Below, piece by piece: positions 58,830 to 64,000 of a DNA stretch of 64,000 nt; the first letter of the stretch is position 1; every line of letters begins with the position of its first letter. The notes beneath the pieces were generated by a model. That model was not told where the DNA came from and did not search any database. It saw only the letters and a program-made list of their open reading frames with translations. The translations under genes and the position numbers were made by a program. The stretch is taken from NCBI GenBank assembly GCA_033763315.1, contig JANRKS010000032.1, positions 576,001 through 640,000 on the forward strand, read 5' to 3'. This DNA comes from Deltaproteobacteria bacterium (GTDB lineage: Bacteria > Myxococcota_A > Polyangia > Fen-1088).

Positions 58830-60188
58830 ATGTTTTACGAACGACGCTCGCTACGAAGTACGTTGCCTGCCCTTGGATTGGTTGCGATTGCGACCGCAGG
58901 CGCTTGCGGGCAAGAAGACGGCAAGAATGGGTTAAGCGCGGAAGAATGGGCAATGGTGCAAGAGATTGCACCGTACTCGAAGCCTATGCCTGCGAATCCC
59001 TTTAACCACCGCGATCAGGATGTGGCGGTGGCAAAGCTTGGACAGATGCTGTTCTTTGAGACGGATGTGTCAGAGGCTGAGCCGCTGACCGTGGATAGCC
59101 CCTTCGGTAAGAAGGGTGACAAGGCCAAGATCGGCTGCGTGACTTGCCACGATCCTGCACGCTACTTCGCGGATGCACGTCCAGGGTCCTTGTCTTTGGG
59201 CCGCAATGGATACCTCAGGCGCAACACGCCCACGATGTTGAACGCCGGCTATTACAACTGGGCCGGGTGGACAGGCCGTCATGATTCTTTGGTCATGCAC
59301 GGTGCCGGCGTATGGAGCACGTCTGCCTCTGCCTTGTCTTACGCGCATTACGTGTATCGCAAGTATCGCGATGAATACAACGCGGTTTTTCCTGCGACGC
59401 CGCTCGACCCCGCGCTGGATCCGCTGGCGCCGGACGCCGCTCGCTTTCCGATGTCCGGTGCGCCGAAGGCCAATGCCATGGCGGCGGATGGGCCTTGGGA
59501 AAAGATGGCGCCTGAAGATCAAAAGATCATTCAACAGATCCAATACAACCTCGGTCGCATTTGGGACACATACCCTCGCAAACTCACAACTCCGAACTCA
59601 CCCTTTGAGCGCTTCACAAAGGGCGATGAGAAGGCTCTCACCCCCGAAGCCAAGCGCGGTCTGCGTCTGTTCATCGGAAAAGCCGCTTGTTCGGATTGCC
59701 ACAGTGGACCCACGTTAAGCGACAATCAGTTCCATAACATCGGTGTGGCAACGAACATGCTTGCCACGGCAGCAGACGTGGGGCGGTTCGCAGATCTTGC
59801 GGCTTCGTCGACCAATGTGTTTGGCGGCGCAGGCCAGTTCAGCGACGATCCTGCGGCGGCCGCTGCCAAGAATGCAACCGTCGTTCAAATGGATATGACG
59901 ATGATGGGCGCCTTCCGCACGCCTGGTTTGCTCAGCATTGAGAAGACGGGACCATATTTTCACTCTGGGGAGTTTCCCACGCTGGAATCGGTGGTGCGCT
60001 TCTACAACGTGGGCGGCGGTGACAAGGCTGGTGATGGCGGACCCGGCACTTACGCGGGAACCAAAGACGTTCGCCTGCGTCCGCTTGGGTTAACGGAGCC
60101 TGAGATCGCCGATCTCGTTGCCTTCTTGAAGAGCCTCACGGGAGATCTTCCTCCGCTTGAGTGGACGCAAGACACCGCGAAGCATTGA
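58830..60188 (+). CDS. di-heme cytochrome c peroxidase / MauG-family lipoprotein
   Basis: Lipobox AGAC; LGQMLFFE, CVTCH, RNTPT..N...W.GR.DSL, G.RLF.GKAACSDCHSG, FRTPGL..I..TGPYFHSG; GGAGGAG RBS. Confidence 0.9.
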   Translation: MFYERRSLRSTLPALGLVAIATAGACGQEDGKNGLSAEEWAMVQEIAPYSKPMPANPFNHRDQDVAVAKLGQMLFFETDVSEAEPLTVDSPFGKKGDKAKIGCVTCHDPARYFADARPGSLSLGRNGYLRRNTPTMLNAGYYNWAGWTGRHDSLVMHGAGVWSTSASALSYAHYVYRKYRDEYNAVFPATPLDPALDPLAPDAARFPMSGAPKANAMAADGPWEKMAPEDQKIIQQIQYNLGRIWDTYPRKLTTPNSPFERFTKGDEKALTPEAKRGLRLFIGKAACSDCHSGPTLSDNQFHNIGVATNMLATAADVGRFADLAASSTNVFGGAGQFSDDPAAAAAKNATVVQMDMTMMGAFRTPGLLSIEKTGPYFHSGEFPTLESVVRFYNVGGGDKAGDGGPGTYAGTKDVRLRPLGLTEPEIADLVAFLKSLTGDLPPLEWTQDTAKH

Positions 60189-60295
60189 ACGGTTGCAATG
60201 GATGCACCGACCCGTGCATCAAGAAGAAGGGGCGCTGTTCGGCGCCACTTCTTCTCTTTCTAGGTGGGTCATGTCCCAAACAGCAAGGAGATCAA

Positions 60296-61699
60296 ATGTA
60301 CAAGCCATCGTGGGTTCTCTCATGCGGCGTCTTTTTGGTGGGCTCTGGTTGCGGTGCCCTCGATCCAAACGCCGGCGATCAAGAGGAACCAAAAGCACAG
60401 TTGCAAAACTATGCTTTGAGGCAGAACGAAACGTTCAATCTGGCAGGCGCGGCAGAAACAGCGCACACATCCGGTGTGATCGACACATCCAATCCCTTCT
60501 TCTTGGTCAGGGGCACCAACCCTCGCACCTGCGAGACGTGCCATGCAGCAAGCCAAGGGTGGACCATCTCTGCGATGGGCGCTGCCACGAAGTTCTACTT
60601 AAGCGATGGCCTCGATCCCCTGTTCAATCTGGTAGACACCGGCAGCCGACCTGACGCCGATGTTTCGACGTCCCAGGCACGTCGTGATACGTTCGATTCA
60701 ACGATCGACCGAGCCGTCATTCGCTTCACACGCACGATCAACCCAGCCGCCGAGTTCGCGGTGGCGGCGGTGAGCGATCCAAGTGGGTTTTCCGATACCA
60801 CCCGCGTGTCGGCCTTCCGCCGTCCTTCGCCAACCGCCAATGAATCCAAGGTGCCCAACACCGGCTGGGCAGGTGGCCCTGCGACCGCGGGTGTTCCGGC
60901 GGCACTTGCGGCGACAGCGGTTGGGGCGACGCGGCTGCATGGGCAGCGGGTTGAGCCGTTGTCTCCTGAGGATGCGGCCGCCGAACGCGATTTCATGTTC
61001 GGCGTAATCTTCGCACAATCATACGATTGGCTGGCAGGTCGCCTTGATGCCGACGGCGCGCGCGGTGGTGCCCAGAACTTGATGGCGCAACCATTTTACG
61101 AAGGCATCAACGACATCACGGGTGGCGATCCGCAAGGGCATCCATTTAACCGAAAGGTCTTCAACATCTTCGATGCCTGGGAAAATGAACAACCCAGCCC
61201 GACCGTTAGCCCTTGGCAGGCCGCCGCACGCGCCTCGATTTATCGTGGGCAGGAGCTGTTCAATTCTTACGAGTTCACTGTGTCCGACGTCAAAGGTCTA
61301 AACGACGTTCTTGGGCAACCCGTAGCAGCGGTCACATGCAGCACGTGTCACAACACACCGAACGTCGGCGGCCACTCGGTGTTCCGCCAGTTTGACATCG
61401 GCAGTGCGAACGAAGAAAACTGTGGCGCGGCTTTGCCTATCCTCACGCTGCAAAACAAAACCACCGGAGAAACGCGGAAGGTTTGCGACATGGGCCGCGC
61501 GACAGGCAGTGGCTCGTGGAATGACATTGGTAAATTCCGCGCTCCACCTTTGCGTGGCCTCGCTGCCCGCGCTCCCTACTTTCACGACGGCCAAATGGGC
61601 ACCATCTGGGACGTGGTGCAATATTATGACAGGCACTTCTCCATGGGGTTGTCGACGCAACAGAAGCTCGACTTAACCGCTTTTCTGCGCGCCCTTTAG
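60296..61699 (+). CDS. divergent di-heme cytochrome c (CCP/MauG superfamily) lipoprotein
   Basis: Lipobox GSGC; TNPRTCETCH, RGQELF, CSTCH, KFRAPPLRGLAARAPYFHDG; AAGGAG RBS. Confidence 0.82.
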   Translation: MYKPSWVLSCGVFLVGSGCGALDPNAGDQEEPKAQLQNYALRQNETFNLAGAAETAHTSGVIDTSNPFFLVRGTNPRTCETCHAASQGWTISAMGAATKFYLSDGLDPLFNLVDTGSRPDADVSTSQARRDTFDSTIDRAVIRFTRTINPAAEFAVAAVSDPSGFSDTTRVSAFRRPSPTANESKVPNTGWAGGPATAGVPAALAATAVGATRLHGQRVEPLSPEDAAAERDFMFGVIFAQSYDWLAGRLDADGARGGAQNLMAQPFYEGINDITGGDPQGHPFNRKVFNIFDAWENEQPSPTVSPWQAAARASIYRGQELFNSYEFTVSDVKGLNDVLGQPVAAVTCSTCHNTPNVGGHSVFRQFDIGSANEENCGAALPILTLQNKTTGETRKVCDMGRATGSGSWNDIGKFRAPPLRGLAARAPYFHDGQMGTIWDVVQYYDRHFSMGLSTQQKLDLTAFLRAL

Positions 61700-61714
61700 T
61701 CACACGGCCGAAAA

Positions 61715-61758
61715 CACAAAGACGCCGGGCCATCCAGATGTGGCTCGGCGTCTTTGTG
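61715..61758. terminator. long hairpin between convergent genes (bidirectional terminator)
   Basis: CACAAAGACGCCGGGCCA...TGGCTCGGCGTCTTTGTG, 18 bp stem. Confidence 0.7.
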
Positions 61759-61775
61759 AGCGTTGGTGCTGACGT

Positions 61776-63095
61776 TCAAGCCCGGTCGGCGGCGGTGCCG
61801 CGCCCGATGGCATAGTATGCAAAGCCCGCCGTTTGCAGTTCTTTGGGACTCCAAATGTTGCGGCCATCCACGATGACCGGTGTGCGCATCAACGATTTGA
61901 TGCGCGCAAAATCGGGGCGACGATATTGATGCCACTCGGTGGCCAGCACCAACGCGTCGGCGTCTTGCAAACATTCATAGTTGCCCACCTCGAAGCGCAC
62001 CTTTGTTCCCAACACCTTTTTCGAGGCGTCCATCGCCACGGGATCGGTGACGATCACTTCGGCGCCCGCCGCCAACAACTGATCGATCAACACAAAGGCC
62101 GGCGCTTCACGGATGTCGTCCGTCCCAGGCTTAAAGGCAAGGCCCCACACGGCGACGCGCTTGCCTTTCAAGTTGCCTTTGAAGTGCTTGAGGACCTTTT
62201 CGCCCATGCGCTTTTTCTGTGTGTCGTTGACCTCAACCACGGCTTCCAGAATGCGCAGGTGGTGCCCAGCTTCGCGGCCCGTGCTGATACAGGCACGCAG
62301 ATCCTTCGGGAAACAACTGCCGCCGAAGCCCGCGCCCGCGTACAGGAACTTTGGACCGATGCGGTCATCAGATCCCATGCCCTTGCGCACAAGTTCAATG
62401 TCCGCGCCCAGGATGTCGCACAGGGTCGCCAGATCGTTCATGAACGAGATGCGCGTGGCCAACATCGAGTTGGCGGCGTACTTCGCAAGTTCCGCAGAGC
62501 GCCGATCCATTACAAGCATGCGATCACGTGATCGCGTAAACGGCGCATACAAGGCTTCGAGCGAAGCGATCGCTTTGGCGTCATCGCTGCCGATGATCAC
62601 GCGGCTTGGCTTCATGAAATCCGAAACGGCGTCGCCTTCCTTCAAGAATTCGGGGTTCGATGCAACCGCAAAGGGCTGCGTTGCCACTTCGCGCATCAAC
62701 GCCTCGATCCGATCACCGGTGCCCACCGGCACCGTGGATTTGGTCACCACCACGGCCCAGCCTGTGAGTGACTTCGCTGCCGTTTCGGCCGCCTTAAAGA
62801 TGTATTGAAGGTCGGCGGACCCATCGGGGCCGGGCGGCGTGCCCACCGCCAACACGATGACCTCCGCCCCCGCGACGCCCGCAGGTACATCGGTGGTGAA
62901 CGACAGTCGTCGCTCTTGCACGTTGCGCGCCACCAGATCTTCCAAGCCAGGCTCGTAGATCGGGAGCTGGCCGGCCTTGAGCGTATCGATCTTACTTTGG
63001 TCGATGTCGCAACAGACCACATCGTTGCCCATGTCGGCAAAGCCCGCCCCTGCGACCAGTCCTACATACCCTGTTCCAATGACACAAACTTTCAT
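61776..63095 (-). CDS. ugd: UDP-glucose 6-dehydrogenase
   Basis: GTGYVG, KSTVPVGT, NPEFLKEG, GFGGSCFPKD, GLAFKPGTDD.RE. Confidence 0.95.
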   Translation of the reverse strand: MKVCVIGTGYVGLVAGAGFADMGNDVVCCDIDQSKIDTLKAGQLPIYEPGLEDLVARNVQERRLSFTTDVPAGVAGAEVIVLAVGTPPGPDGSADLQYIFKAAETAAKSLTGWAVVVTKSTVPVGTGDRIEALMREVATQPFAVASNPEFLKEGDAVSDFMKPSRVIIGSDDAKAIASLEALYAPFTRSRDRMLVMDRRSAELAKYAANSMLATRISFMNDLATLCDILGADIELVRKGMGSDDRIGPKFLYAGAGFGGSCFPKDLRACISTGREAGHHLRILEAVVEVNDTQKKRMGEKVLKHFKGNLKGKRVAVWGLAFKPGTDDIREAPAFVLIDQLLAAGAEVIVTDPVAMDASKKVLGTKVRFEVGNYECLQDADALVLATEWHQYRRPDFARIKSLMRTPVIVDGRNIWSPKELQTAGFAYYAIGRGTAADRA

Positions 63096-63201
63096 GCGCG
63101 GGGGAACATATCATAGGGTCGGCCGCTCGAAAGGGAGGCAGACGCGCCAGCCGGTGGCATTTTCGTGTGAAATCCGTGCCATCTGGTACTGTGAAACTGT
63201 C

Positions 63202-64000
63202 GTGCAAGTCATGCTGCTTGCGGCCGGGCGCGGAAGCCGTCTGGGGGCTTTGGGGGCCGCCCTCCCTAAGCCTTTGGTGCCAATATGCGGTTATCCCCCG
63301 ATCGCGTACGGGTTAAGCCTGTGCCGTGACGCGGGTTTGGCCCACGTTGTCGTCAACGTCCATCATCTGAGCGAGATGATTGAAGACGCGGTCGGCGATG
63401 GCAGTGCCTTCGACGTGCACGTTCGCTTTTCCTTCGAACGCGACTTGTTGGGCACCGGCGGTGGCTTGGTGGCCGCGCGGCGCTTGTTTCGCAGCGAGCC
63501 GGTGTTGGTGATGAACGCGAAGGTGGTGGCGGACGTTGACCTCAAATCCTTCATCAGCGCGCACGCGGCGGGCGGGCCTGACGTTGTGGCCACGATGGCC
63601 TTGCGTCCGGCGCCCGCTGGCAGCGCGTTTGCGCCGGTGGAGGTTGATGAGGCAGGGCGTGTGGTGGCGATACGCAATGCGCGGGGCGCGTATAAACCCG
63701 TGGGCCAAGTGCGCGCGATGATGTTCACGGGCATTCACGTGGTGACCACGCGTTTGTTGGATCGCTTGCCACGCCAGGGCGAATCGGATGTGATCGGCGA
63801 CGCGTATCTGCCGGCGCTGCAGATGGGTGAGGTGGTGCGCTTTGTTGAAGTGCCAGGATACTTCGAAGAGCACTCAACGCCGGAACGTTATTGGCAAGGC
63901 AACATGGCGCTGTTACGGAAGCCAGCGCTGATCTCAAGCGCGCCGGGTCCACTGGTAGGCGCGGACCCGTCGTGCATCATTCACGCAACCGCCGATCTGC
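63202..64000 (+). CDS. NDP-sugar synthase / nucleotidyltransferase (mannose-1-P guanylyltransferase-like), truncated by the window end
   Basis: Manual translation from GTG 63202: VQVMLLAAGRGSRL.....LPKPLVPI, VNVHHL, LLGTGGG; open to the end of the window. Confidence 0.85.
   Translation, partial: MQVMLLAAGRGSRLGALGAALPKPLVPICGYPPIAYGLSLCRDAGLAHVVVNVHHLSEMIEDAVGDGSAFDVHVRFSFERDLLGTGGGLVAARRLFRSEPVLVMNAKVVADVDLKSFISAHAAGGPDVVATMALRPAPAGSAFAPVEVDEAGRVVAIRNARGAYKPVGQVRAMMFTGIHVVTTRLLDRLPRQGESDVIGDAYLPALQMGEVVRFVEVPGYFEEHSTPERYWQGNMALLRKPALISSAPGPLVGADPSCIIHATADL

Overview
GC-rich (about 60-67% by eye) bacterial chromosomal window, about 58 CDS plus one tRNA-Ala(CGC). Gene content (Hanks kinases with AAA/TPR or PEGA domains, DUF4388, DUF1552/DUF1592 pair, ECF-FecR-TPR cassette, sigma54 promoters) points to a myxobacterium-like organism (inference). 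Housekeeping genes include groES-groEL, murI, yhbY, ybaK, pssA, ppk2, amtB, tlyA and ugd. I saw no CRISPR array, integrase, transposase or prophage. Best candidates for undescribed systems: (1) an 11 kb envelope redox/signalling locus at 50.6-61.7 kb: a translationally coupled operon of a PEGA kinase, an output-less TM-Cache-TM sensor, a type-1 copper cupredoxin and a cytochrome c lipoprotein, divergent from TPR-DUF4388, an outer-membrane barrel and two MauG/CCP-family di-heme lipoproteins; (2) an ECF sigma/FecR/barrel/GH44 cassette whose GH44 has lost its acid/base Glu, preceded by a roughly 390 nt G-skewed, structured intergenic region with a cUUCGg hairpin; (3) a siroheme sulfite/nitrite reductase with two Cys-ligand sets, a HEPN-like tail and an unknown partner gene. 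Smaller items: a class A beta-lactamase-fold pseudoenzyme, a 58 aa CPxCG gene missed by the ORF track, a LIM-like Cys-rich microprotein and several regulatory motifs. All family calls come from motif recognition by eye; no database search was run.
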